Assembly (NCBI RefSeq): GCF_009914755.1
Contig: NC_060937.1
Direction: 5' to 3' (one strand)
Length of the DNA stretch: 64,000 bases
DNA from: the human T2T-CHM13v2.0 reference genome, Homo sapiens
The stretch's first letter is position 1. Each line of letters opens with the position of its first letter. Below the pieces are notes generated by a model. That model did not search any database and had not been told where the DNA came from. It worked only from the letters and a program-made list of their open reading frames with translations. The position numbers and the translations under genes were made by a program. Below, one piece after another: positions 1-12,887 of this stretch.

Positions 1-399
1 CCATGGTGGACTCTCCACTCTTGGGGCCTCCTTCTCAGGGACGGTTGCATTGGGCAATGCTAACCCCACAGATAACGACATCTCTGTCCTTCTGGAACCT
101 TAAAAATCAGGTTCACTGGCCTGGCATCTCCTCATGACCCAGTGGCCCCCAACATCTGGCAGCAGGGGCAGGTGCTGCTTCAGTTCTGACACGCAGGATT
201 TTCTGAGGCCGCAAATATCACTTTACTCAAATTGGGACTCGCCGGCCGAGGCAGGCTGACCTCCGGCTTTGCAGCAGCACCTCCGTCGTGACAAAGCCAG
301 CCAGAGCTGCTTCTTGCTTGGCCCCCCGCCATCTCACAGGGCATGGGCTGGCTCTCTGCCCACGGCATGTGCTCCGGCTACACAGGTGGGTCACTTGGA

Positions 400-530
400 G
401 AACTGGTTAGAACACCGCTTCTCAGCCTGCCCTGACACTAATTGAATCAGAATCACTGATGAGGCCTGGCAGCGGGTTGTTTTTGGGCCCTCCCAGGGAA
501 TTTCTGTGTACAGCCAGGGCCCAGAACCGC
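400..530. mobile_element. MER5-like hAT-Charlie DNA transposon remnant
   Basis: ttgaatcagaatcactg...ccagggaatttctgtgtacagccaggg...agaacc resembles MER5A/B consensus. Confidence 0.5.
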
Positions 531-3500
531 AAGCATCACGGGAGCTGCAGGACCCTGCTGGCTCGAGTTAAGGACCTGAGGGAGGGGCGCTGAGGGGGAC
601 CTGAGGGGGTGGTGTTGCCTCTTGGCTTTCTTAAGTGAGTTTAAAGACAAGGTATAACTCTTATTTTAAAGGTGCAATTATAAAGGTGTTTAACATGTGA
701 AAGCCAGCTCTCCTTCTGTAGCAAGCTGCACATTAACAGATGCCAAATTGCCACAGCTTCCCTTTGTCAAAGCACGCAAAACAGACTCACTGTAAACACA
801 CATGCATTTTCCTTTTTTGCCCCAAACATGTTCGGCCCAGCTTCCAGCCCTAGTTTCTGGGCTGCCTTTGGCTGTCCCCACACATAGGCAGCCACAGAGC
901 CTGGCATGCAAAGATCAGGCTTGTGACCTTTGACCCATTCCTCCAAGACCCTAAGTTTGTCTTACTCCACAACTTGCTCCAGAGCCACTCACTTCAGGGA
1001 CTGCCAGTCTGGATGCATGATGATTCTGCTCCATCAAGTCTCAGCAGAGATTCCTCCTCCATAGGGAGCAGCAGAGCTCAGCCTTTGGAGTTTAAATTTG
1101 CTTTGTCTCATATCCAGGATACACCTTCTATGCTTTCGTAAGGAAATCATTTTAGACTAAATGACTAAAGGAAGAGCATCCCAGGATTAATCCAAATTCA
1201 CAGAGGCCACTTTGTCCCTCATCTGCATTATGCCTCCTTAGCCCTCCTGCAGAGCAGGCTCATAGCTGCCATGCAGCGGAAACCACATTCTCTCTAATCA
1301 AATAGAAAGAGATCCCTGGGGGCCCTTGTCTCTCAGCACCAGAGCCTGCCATCACAGCCCAGAGGTTCCATGCTCCGGGAGGAGGCGGTGCAGTGGAGAT
1401 GGCGCCTCTGTCAACACCTGCCTGTGTGGAGGGCTGCAGAGGGGCAAAGGCACAGCCCCGCATGGGATGACAGCAGACTGGGAGCTCTGGCATGGCTCTG
1501 AGCCGGTGTCCAGGATACTGTAAGCCTGGACCAAGTGAAGGAGGGCCCCCTCGTTATCTAAAAAGGAAAGTCATTAAGAGCGTGGGAGAGAGTGGGCCTG
1601 GGCAGCCTCCCTCTCTCTCATCCCATGTAGGATGGGCGCAAATGGGAGTTTAATCTGGTTTGGGTTTAATGAGTAAAGCTGAGACAATGTAAAACACACG
1701 TTTCTTCATTTGAAATCTAAGTCTTCTCTAAGTGACTTGCCAAAGCCCTAGATCATTGCATTTTGTAAATGGCTAAATGAAGTCAACCCACAGCTGTATT
1801 CTTACCTGTCTGAGAGGGTGGTCTTCCAACCCTGTGCTCTGCTGTCCGTCAGCCCAGCTGAATAGCAGGCAGCTGCGGGAATGGAGTCGTGTCACAGGGA
1901 ACAGCTGGTTTTCCATAGAACGAGGACTACTGCCGTGTTGACAGACACCTCCATGGCCCAGCCCAGAACTCTGTCTCTGAGGAGGGAGGAGGACAGCCCA
2001 GTGGTGGTCTAAGGGGCCTCACCAGGGTTCTAAATGGAAGAGAAGGATGCTTCAGCCAGCCCGAGTTTGCCATAGGCCATAATGGTCGAGCACTTTTATC
2101 TTTGATTTGGTGATCTTCAATGCATAGAAAGATCTTGTGCTTTCCTTGGGTCAGCTTGTTTAAATCTCCTCCAATTCCTTCTGGTTCCAAGGTCCTCTCA
2201 GGCTGGGAATTCTTATTGGCTGCTTCATAAATGTGAACCTGTGCTGTAGAAAGAAGCCAAGAACCATAGGAGAAGACGTTATATGGATTAATACTATGAC
2301 AAGAAAGAGGATGGCCAACAGTAGACAGCTCCTTCCTCTTTGAGATAACATTTTTTAAAAACCATAAAGTTGCATGAAACCTGAATTACTAAAGAGCGGG
2401 GATTATTGTGTTCAGATTTTTTGACTCATGGGCTCCCATTAGTTTCCTTCCTAACATACTGGGCATTTCTCTAATTCCATATGAACTTTTGGAGTTAAGA
2501 GGTCAGTATTTCATTCATAAAAGCACCTCGGAAAGGTTGTAAGGAATATATCATGCCATTACATTACCCTTAATACAATGGGCGTGGTATTCCATCACCA
2601 ATGACTCAAAGGCATACCTTCCAGCAAGCCAGAATGGCATACATTGATGCCACAAACACAGTGTAGTACTGCCAGTCAGGGCACATCCACCTCCTGGGAC
2701 TCATGGGACTCTTCTGAAACTTAGTTCTTCCATCTGTCTGTCTTTTCTGAAACCACTCATGATCATTTGTGTAAGCACCGAATAAATTAGAATCACGCCA
2801 AGGGCCGATGAAAGGTTTTTTGCTCTCCTGAACTGTGTAGCAACCCTCCAAACAGTGTGTGGGGTGGGGGCGGGGGAAGCGGGGGCCTGTGTTTTTACAG
2901 TGTGCCATGGCCTAAGTGACACCTGTAATGGAGCAGAAAGAAAAGATATTTCCTTTTTTAAACCAGTGATTTATTTTTCCAACAGATTGAAAGGTTTTGG
3001 ACAAAGATTCCATGAAAACCTCCTATAAACAGGAATTGGACAATTAAATACTGTTGTAATCAGCCTTTCTGCTGGTGGGTTCATAGCCCTGAGCTTCAAG
3101 TAAATACGGTTTGATCAAGAATGGCCTTTAAATGGGAGTGAGCCATTGTGCACCACGTCCGTTCTCACACTGCGATGCAGCTTTCCTAATGCCATGGGTC
3201 TGCTGTAGGTTTTGCTCAGTGATATTTGTTTTAGTGGATGAAGTTCTCATTTACCATAAGAGAGAGAAGTCAGGATAATTGTTTGATGAAATTATAGTAT
3301 GCAGAATGGGAAACCACCCTTTTTTAAAACAAATATATCCTCACGTGTCAACTTCACAGTCAGGCTTCCTTTCTTGGGGAGAGCCCTTTCTCCATTCAGA
3401 TCAAAGGTTAGCCTGTGAATTCTCCCCCAGAGAAATGTGGGAGCCCAGAGGTGGCTGAATATGACCAGCTAGAAGCAATGTCTTCTTAACTGGGCCACCA

Positions 3501-4214
3501 AGGAGCTTCAAGACCAGTGCACATTTTCTAGTTCAGTGGTTTTCAAATGCCAAGTTTTGATGCATTATTAGCTTGTGAAATAAATGTAGTGGCCTCTAAC
3601 TAGCGTTTTGTAAAACAAAGTAAAATAGAGGAAACATTTTTAAACCAGATTTTTCCAAATGGAAGGGGAAGTTTTGTTTTTGTGAAACTTTGGTTTTGGG
3701 TATGGTTGTGTGTGGGTGTGTGCACTGTGATATTGTGTACAATGGTGATTTTTACAGTGGATCACTGACAGAGAATTTGGATAAACACCGTTGTAGTGCA
3801 TCCAGGAGAGATTTGCAATCATAGGGAGAGGTCGTTTTAGACAATTACTCCTGCAAGTCATACATTTGAAGTTAAAACAACAGCCACAATGACAATAACA
3901 AAAACAGTAAACCTGGTAGGCAGGCAGGTGAGGGGTAGGGGAGGGGGTCAGGAAACATGAAAATGAAGAATCCTGGACTGGACTGGCTGCACTACTTGCG
4001 ATTAAACTGCTAGACGTGTTCCTGCAGCTGGGAGGCAGCAGCCCTTCCCAGGAGCACCACATTGCCTGAGCAGAAGGTCCAAGTTATAATCTGGTGGGCA
4101 ACCTTATGTTTAAAAACAGACACACAGACCTGCCAGCCTCACCTGGTATTGGCGAGAGAATCCTAAGGTGTTCGTTGCTAGTCTTGCTTGGGGGAGGTGA
4201 ACACAAAACAACAG

Positions 4215-4390
4215 TGCATTAGAAAGAGCCTCGCCTTTGGAGTCAGACAGACCTGGGTCTCACTGTTAGCTCTGCCATTTATTAGCCCTTGGGCAAAACG
4301 TTTCATATTTCTCTTAGCCTCAGTTTCCACATCTGTCAATTGGGCATAAAAAGATATACTTCATAAGGTGGCTCTGAGGGTTAAGTAGAG
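4215..4390 (+). mobile_element. MIR SINE
   Basis: ggagtcagacagacctggg...gcctcagtttccacatctgtc MIR core. Confidence 0.8.
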
Positions 4391-4836
4391 TAGCCTATCT
4401 CGGACAGCCTAATAAGTATTCGTTCCCTCCACTTACCTTGTGTACCGTAGCTCCCCCTGCCACTGGGAAACAGACCACCTCGTAGGGAGGACGCTTTTCT
4501 TTTCCTTTGCCGTCATCGCTCATAGCGGTGCAAGCGCGTGGACAAGCAGTGGGAAGGGGATGGTCCAGGAGCCACACTCAGGACTCTAAAGAGGTACCTC
4601 AGGCAGTGATCCCCTGCCTGGAGTTGGACCCCCCTACAAAGAGCCAGGTTGTGGCAGTGACCTCCCCGTGATTCCGAGGGCTGCCACATCACCACCAAAG
4701 TCCAGCTCTCCTGCTTCGGCACAAGGCTGTGACTTGTCATTGATGTTTTGGGTCACGGACCTTTTCCACTCACGGAATTCCACTTCTGTTCTCCAAGCAG
4801 CTCTCTGTCTAACCAGTAACTGCGACTCTCCTCCAG

Positions 4837-4942
4837 GTGGAAGATCTCACCGCCAGCCATGATGCTGCTCTCCTAGAGATGGAAAATAACCACACAGTTG
4901 CCATCACAATCCTGCAGGATGACCACGACCACAAAGTCCAAG
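4837..4942 (+). CDS. MTUS2: MTUS2 internal coding exon ([35 protein letters not shown])
   Basis: ctccag|GTG acceptor, CAAG|gtagct donor; 106 nt, ends in phase 1 and joins in frame (G|AA) to exon 9564; coiled-coil-type sequence recognised as MTUS2 C-terminal region. Confidence 0.92.
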
Positions 4943-5194
4943 GTAGCTCCCAGCCTCGTGTGCAGCAGGCAGGGGTGGGTGGTGCAATCCGAGCCTTTCC
5001 TGCTGCAGATGTGTGGAGCCCCCCTTCCTCTCTTGTCCCTCCTTTCCTGTCTTTCCCTCCTGGTGCATTTTTTCCTGTTGGCTCCTGGGAAAAGAAGAGA
5101 TAGGAATTAAGGATCCAGGTAGTTAGCTGCTTCTTTCCTCCAATGCAGTTATCCTCAACCTTGATGAATACTGGAATTCCCCGTCCCCTGGGGA

Positions 5195-5335
5195 GCGGTA
5201 ACAAAAGACCAATGCCAGCCTCAGTCCCACCCCAGGGATTCTGATGTCCTTGGTCCATAGTGCAGTGTAAACATCAAGATTTCTTAAGACTCCTTAGGGG
5301 ATTCTAATGTGTAGCCACACTTGAGGGCCACTGTC
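5195..5335. mobile_element. MER5A-like remnant
   Basis: cccaccccagggattctgat...ggggattctaatgtgtagcc...gagggccactg. Confidence 0.5.
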
Positions 5336-5360
5336 TAAAGCAGGCATGGAAATCGTGCAC

Positions 5361-5553
5361 TTTTTTTTTTCCTCTTTTTTTTTTTTTTTTTTTTTGAGAC
5401 AGAGTCTCACTTTGTTGCCCAGGCTGGAGTGCAGTGGTGCGATCTCAGCTCACTGAAACTTCTGCCTCCTGGGTTCAAGCGATTCTCCAGCCCCAGCTGG
5501 AGCCTCCAGCCCGAGTAGCTGGGATTACAGGTGCCCACTACCACACCCGGCTA
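5361..5553 (-). mobile_element. Alu right monomer, antisense
   Basis: poly-T then gagacagagtctcact...gggattacaggtgccc. Confidence 0.95.
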
Positions 5554-5914
5554 GGCTTTATGATGTTTATTGCCTTATAAAAACAAATGGAAGCCCCGGC
5601 ATGGATACACTTTCTTCATATTTATGATGTTCTCCGGGCCACTGCAGCATCTGGTTGGATCGGGGTATCCAGAGCTTACACTCATAGACCACATTCACCG
5701 TGGGTGTGCGTTAAGTCTCCAGATCTTTCTTTCTACATTTTTGTAACTTTGAATTATCTTTGGGTTTTACGTGGGTCATAACAGCATCATTACTAAGTTC
5801 CAGTGAGATTTTCCTTTGTGAAAGAGGCAGCATTTTACACTTTCACATGCATTTACATTAATATGTACAGTTTATTTTTCAACTTTCTCTCGCTTTACTT
5901 TTCCCTCCCAGTCA

Positions 5915-6211
<297 letters not shown>

Positions 6212-6489
6212 AGTGTGTATTAAAAGCAATGACAGTTAACAATACATTGATAAACTTTTACAATTTGAGAATTAGCATCAGAGTTTTTATTATTGTTAAA
6301 ATGTTCTCTGTGAACAAGACCCAGTGTGCCATAACCAAGGTCTGTGTTATTGTCACCCTCAAGCACCACCCCCACTACCTCTGGGAACTATTAGTAAGTG
6401 ACCAAGCTGGAGGCAAGGGATGGTATTTTCCTGGGGACTAGTTAAATGGATTGCCTCGGTCCTGGTAGTGTGTTTCACACTGAGAGTAC

Positions 6490-6665
6490 TGGTCTCTACC
6501 CTCGGCTACACATTGGAACCACCTGGAAGTTTTTAAAAATATACTGATGTGTGGCTCTTACCTCTGATATTCCAATTTAATTGCTCTGGGGTGCAGCCCA
6601 GGCATCAGAAGGCTTTAAAACTCCCTAGGTGATTCTAATACGCAGGAAAACTTGAGGACCATTGT
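6490..6665. mobile_element. MER5A/MER5B-like DNA transposon
   Basis: cacattggaaccacctgga...ctccctaggtgattctaat...ttgaggaccattg. Confidence 0.7.
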
Positions 6666-7914
6666 GTTAAACACCGTATTAAGCGTGAGACAGTGTCATG
6701 AGCTTGAAATAAAGAAATACATGATGAAGACACAGTTAGCAATGGTTTATGTCATCTTCAGAATGGATACTGCCTCTTCTTTTCCCTTGGGGCATTGGGA
6801 TCCTTTGAAAACGCCCTGAAATCTGTCACTAGAGGAAGCTGGTCTCACAAGAAAGAACGTGAGTGGAAATGGTGCAGTGAGCCATGGTGTTGCCTTTTCT
6901 TTCTGGATTTTCACATAAATCTGGTGGATTTTTCTGACTAACGAAGTCTCACTCAGACACCACATTCCAGGTCTTTGAATTATAAATGATGTCAAGGCCA
7001 TGTGCGTGTAGGTAATGGTAGCTAAAAAATTTATTATTATGGTCAGGATGCTGCTCTCGATGACTGTAACACTAATCATTTAGTCAGAGGCAGGCAGACC
7101 GGAAAGGCCATATGGTTCTCTATCAATGAAATCAACACAAACATTTCTTTTCCAAATGTAAACGTCAGCTATAACAACTGGATTTCTTAGTGACCCTTAC
7201 CACCATTAGTTAAAAGATTTGGGTCAATGAAAACCACAAAGTTTTTCCTAATTGCAGCACACGCCACCCAGAATGGTAATTGTCGGCCTCCAGTACGCTA
7301 CCATTCTGAGCATATGATGCAGGCCGATTAATGAGACCCTCTTCCCTCTCATTATAACATGAAAACAAATTGCTTGTGTAGCCAGAATGAGATGGGCTTC
7401 ACCCAGCTAATAAGACTCTTCCCATCAGGAGGAAAACAGAATCCATTTGCTTAATAACTCTTACATGACATCTCTTTCTGCCTAACTTGCAAATTATTGC
7501 TGGAATGACACTTTTCACGGAACAGAATTGTTTCAAACCCTCCAAGAGGAAGCAGTCCAAGTAGTTCTTCCTTGCATCTGAGTTGTCTTAACACCGAATC
7601 TTTGCTGAAGCAAATCCCAGGGACGTATAGTTCTCCGAGTGCAGCCAAGAGGCTACCAAGGTGTCCGTGTAGACACAGCACTGAGCCTGGCTGGTAAGCC
7701 CGGCTGGCAGGATGGCTGCTCGCAGCTCCGCTGCTTTCCTCAGCCCCAGATGGCTGCTTCGCAGTGGGAAGGAAGAGTGATCCTGGGAGGGGAAGAAAAT
7801 AGGATTTAATGTTAATTACCTAGTTATTTTGCCATGAGAACAGTTTAGAGAATCAATGAATAAGGTGAACAAAGGATCTGACTTGGGCAGGATGGTGGTA
7901 TAGCTGAATGTAGA

Positions 7915-7921
7915 AGTGTGG

Positions 7922-7957
<36 letters not shown>

Positions 7958-9310
7958 TGTGGGAGGTATGGGGGGATGCGGGTTTGTGTGTGTGTGTGTG
8001 GTGGGAGGCATGGGGATGTGGGAGTGTGTGTGTGGTATGTGTGCGGGTGTTTATAGTGTGTGCAGTGTGTGGGTGTGCATGTGTGTGTATATGTGTGGTG
8101 TGTTTATGGGGAGTGTGTGGTGTGTGGTGTGTGTATGTGGTGTATGGTGGGGGTGTGGGTATGTGTTATGTACAAAGGTGTGGGTGCTGTAAGGATGGGG
8201 GAGGGCATGTAAGTGTGTCCTTGTGTAAATGTGTATGGATTTGGAGATGTGCAGGCGTGGCAGGTTATGAGGGTGTGATTAGTGTGTGTGGGTGTGTTAT
8301 GCATGTGTGGTAGGTGTGTATATGGTATATATGTGTGTGGTGTGTGTAGTATATATATGTGGGGGTGTGGAGGAATGTGTGTGGTGTGTGTGTAGTGGGT
8401 GTGTGGTGTAGGTTTGTATGGTATGTATGTGGGATGTGTGTAGTGTGTGTATGTGGGGGTGTGGGAGGCATGATGTGTGTGGTATGTGTGGGGGTGTGTG
8501 TGTGGTATATGTATGTGGGGGAGTGTGTGGGGGTGTGTGTGACAGGTGTGTGTGTGTGGCATATAGTGTGTGTATGTGATTAGTAGGTGTGTATGTGTGT
8601 GTGGCATGTAGTGTGTATGCGATTGTGTGTGGTGTGTGTGGAGTGTGGTGTATTCGTGTGATGTGTGTGTGGTAGGTGTGTGTGGGGCGTGTGGGGTGTG
8701 TGTGTGCGTGTGGTATGTGTGTGATGTATGTATGTGCTGTTGTATGTAGCGTATGTGATGTGTGTGGGGTAGGTGTGTGTGTGTGTGGTAGGTGTGTGTG
8801 TGTGGCATGTGCCATGTATGTGATGTGTGTGTGGTGGGTGTGTATGTGTGCGTGGCGTGTAGTGTGTGTATGTGATGTGTGTGTGGTAGGTGTGTGTGTG
8901 GCATGTAGTGTGTGTGTATGTGATGTGTGTGGTAGGTGTGTGTGGTGTATGGTGTGTATGTGAATGTGTGTGGTAGGTGTGTGTGTGTGTAGTGTGTGTG
9001 TATGTGATGTGTGTGGTAGGTGTGTATGTGTGCCATGTGTATGTGAATGCGTGGTAGGTGTGTATGTGTGTGGTGTGTGTGTGTATGTGATGTGTGTGGT
9101 AGGTGTGTATGTGTGTGGTGTGTATGTGATGTGTGTGGTAGGTGTGTATGTGTGTGGCATGTGTGTATGTGATTGTGTGTGGTAGATGTGTGTGGCATGT
9201 GGTGTGTATGTGATGTGTGGTAGGTGTGTATGTGTATGTGTGGCATGTGGTGTGTATGTGACGGGTGTGTGATGTTTGCGTGTGTGTGTAGTGTGTGGTC
9301 TGTGTGTGTT
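7915..9310 (+). repeat. 1.4-kb degenerate (TG)-rich tandem repeat starting with perfect (TG)17
   Basis: (TG)17 at 7923-7956, then recurring GTATGTGATGTGTGTGGTAGGTGT-type units. Confidence 0.97.
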
Positions 9311-9563
9311 CATATGCGTTCTATCTGCCCCCATCTTCTTTTTCCCTCCCTTTCCCCAGTCCCTTCTTTCTTTCTCTCTCCTGAATACTAACCTGGTCAT
9401 GACATACAATTTCAAACCAGTGGAGGAGTCCCCTTAGGCTTGAATCTGCTATACGGGAGTCATTTATTTACCTGAAGTCACAGGTCTTAAGTCTGCCAAA
9501 AGAGCCTTGTTTTATCCTTTTCAAAAGAAAGACCAACTTGACAATTTAATGTCTTCTTTCCAG

Positions 9564-9637
9564 AATTGATGTCCACTCATGAGCTTGAAAAGAAAGAATT
9601 GGAAGAAAATTTTGAAAAACTGCGGCTGTCATTGCAG
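9564..9637 (+). CDS. MTUS2: MTUS2 internal coding exon ([25 protein letters not shown])
   Basis: tctttccag|AA acceptor, CAG|gttagt donor; 74 nt, phases match both neighbours. Confidence 0.92.
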
Positions 9638-9699
9638 GTTAGTATTTCTTTAATTTTCTTACCTGGTATCGAGATAATGGCAGCATCATTATTCCCACC

Positions 9700-10020
9700 C
9701 ACAAACATTCATTCAGCACCTACTGTGTACTAAATCCTGTACTAAACAATAGAATATAAGGTAAATAAGTCATACTCGCTACTCTTAAGAAATGTGCTGT
9801 CTGCTCAGAAAGCTGTGATGCAAATAGTATCAGACAACAGGTAACACATACTTGCACCAAATGAATAATACAGTTGGTGAATGCTACAGACATTCAGAGA
9901 GATTACTCTGCACTTGGTGTGGTCTGGAGTATCCAAGGAGTAACTGAGCTATGTTCAAAGCAAGAGGAGGACTGGGGGAAGAGAGTGTTCTAGGCAGGGG
10001 TAACGGTGCAAGGAGGGTTG
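9700..10020 (-). mobile_element. L2 3' fragment
   Basis: caaacattcattcagcacctactgtgtac...gagtgttctaggcagggg. Confidence 0.6.
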
Positions 10021-10934
10021 TGCAGGTCAGAATTCACAGAACGTGCTCTGAGACTTATAAAAGGGGCTGCAGTTACCTGGAGGTGGCTGAGACGAAAAGC
10101 ACCTTCTCTTCCTCTCACTGCCACCTTTAGGAAACGCTGGTCTCAGATGCCAGAGGAGCTGCCTGGTGTCCTGCAGGCCTCTAAGGAGAGAATGCAGGTG
10201 TCCCAGATCACCTGTGTCTCCTTCCTGCCTTACAGAGACCGAGGCAGCTGCCTCTGTGAAAAGACATTGACAACCCCCAGCCCCATGGAAGAGCTGCCTG
10301 GGAAGCCAGGGGGACGCTAGGGGCCCTGCTTCCATTTCCAAGTGTAGCAATTCCAATCACAGCAAAATTATTTTTTAAATGTTAGGCACACTCTCATCTG
10401 GAAATTGTGGGAGGTGAATCCCATAGCTGTAACACGTAGGCAGGAATTCTGCTTCTTCGATGGCTCACTTTCCTCTGGCAACATACGTGGCACTGAGCCT
10501 GCCCCATCAAGAGTCCAGGATTGTGGAGAGACCCAGGGTCACACTCTCCAGTGTACTCTTCAAAAACTAAAATGTGTTATGCCTGCACAGTGCTTGTGTG
10601 GTTTGCCGTTGGCCAATGAACCCCAGACTGCCTTCCTCGTATACACATCCTGCACCAATAGTTGCGCTATCCTTAAAGGAACACAAATCAGGAAAGTGAC
10701 GGCCATACAGCGATATCACAAAAATCCCATCCAATCCCAAACCCAAAGAAATGAGAGTTTTGTCTTGTCTGGGAGTCTGCGCCCTGCCACTGACACCAGA
10801 TGGTCCTGAACTGGGCATATGTTTGTTGTGACTGTCCAGCAGAATCCGTTTGGGCTGGAGGTTATTTGGTGCAAGGAGGGTGGAATTGCTCAAGCCAACC
10901 TCCTTGGTCTACAGGCACCTGGAGAAACAGGTTT

Positions 10935-11150
10935 GGTGGTTAGAGATTTGAGTTTTTGTTTAAATCCCCGCTGCACTAGCTCTTACTAGCTTTCACATCT
11001 TGGAGAGTTATGTAGCCTCTGTAAACCTTAGTTTACTCTTTAAAATAAGGATGATGACAGTATCTTTCTCAAGGTGTGAACAGATTAAGGGAAATAACGT
11101 GTGAAAAGTGGATAGCCCTGGGTTGGCTTAGATCACTGCTAATAAGTGGC
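10935..11150 (+). mobile_element. MIR SINE
   Basis: gtggttagag...aaatcccc...ccttagtttactctttaaaataaggatgatgacagtatct. Confidence 0.7.
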
Positions 11151-11502
11151 AGCTGTTGTAACTATTGTAATAATAACAAGCATTGTTACATTTATTGTGA
11201 TTATTGTCATGCTGTTGGTTGGCTCCAGCCAGGTCTTTGTGCCTCTTAGCATGACATAAAGAAGCCAGCCCAAGTTAGTTGCAATAGCACACTCTGTCCC
11301 TGTAGATCTCTTTTGAGTGATGGTGAATAAGGCAGAAACATCAGTTTGGTATTTTAGATCCATCCTATGTTGTAATTGCCTGACGAGTTTGCTGTTGTTT
11401 TGTTTTTTTAATGGAGGGAAAGAGGCTTAAAAGAAATGCTTTCTCTGGCAGCACTGAGGAGGTTTGGTGTAGGAGCCATGGAGGGAGAGTCATTTTTATA
11501 GT

Positions 11503-11543
11503 CAGTGTAGCAGGTGACCTGTGCTAGGTCACCTGCTACACTG
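11503..11543. repeat. Perfect 18-bp inverted repeat, 5-nt spacer
   Basis: CAGTGTAGCAGGTGACCT-gtgct-AGGTCACCTGCTACACTG. Confidence 0.97.
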
Positions 11544-11674
11544 CCCAGGCTGTGATGAACATTTCAGCTCATAGGCGCGCAAGCCCCCACCTGCGGCGTA
11601 CTGCACTAATGCACCGGCATTTGCATTTCATGGCACTGTGGGAACTTCTATTTCTTAAAAATAAAATGGAAGTA

Positions 11675-12299
<625 letters not shown>

Positions 12300-12507
12300 G
12301 GAAGTAACTGGAAAAGAGAACAAAAAAGAGGAAAAGAAACCTACTCAGGGAGGTTTGCAGAGAGGGTCCTCCACCATAAGAAAGCAAGCAGTCAAGCCCA
12401 GCACTTCGCATGTTAGTGTCACTGTGTGCACTTATTAGCATTCACAATATCACTTCCTATTATTTGGTGGGATGATACCATTTCTCTTGCCAGAAAAGTT
12501 CATGGGA

Positions 12508-12887
<380 letters not shown>

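Noticed and set aside
9386-9392. Perfect TACTAAC as a distant branch point for exon 9564
   Set aside because: The pyrimidine tract lies upstream rather than downstream of it and several AGs intervene
8104-9415. 380-aa and 372-aa His/Thr-rich ORFs and Cys/Val-rich ORFs on the opposite strand
   Set aside because: Translation artefacts of the TG/CA repeat, which is depleted of stop codons; no splice or start context
9816-9825. TGATGCAAAT amino-acid-response (C/EBP-ATF) element
   Set aside because: Inside an L2 fragment in MTUS2, far from the SLC7A1 promoter; short motif expected by chance
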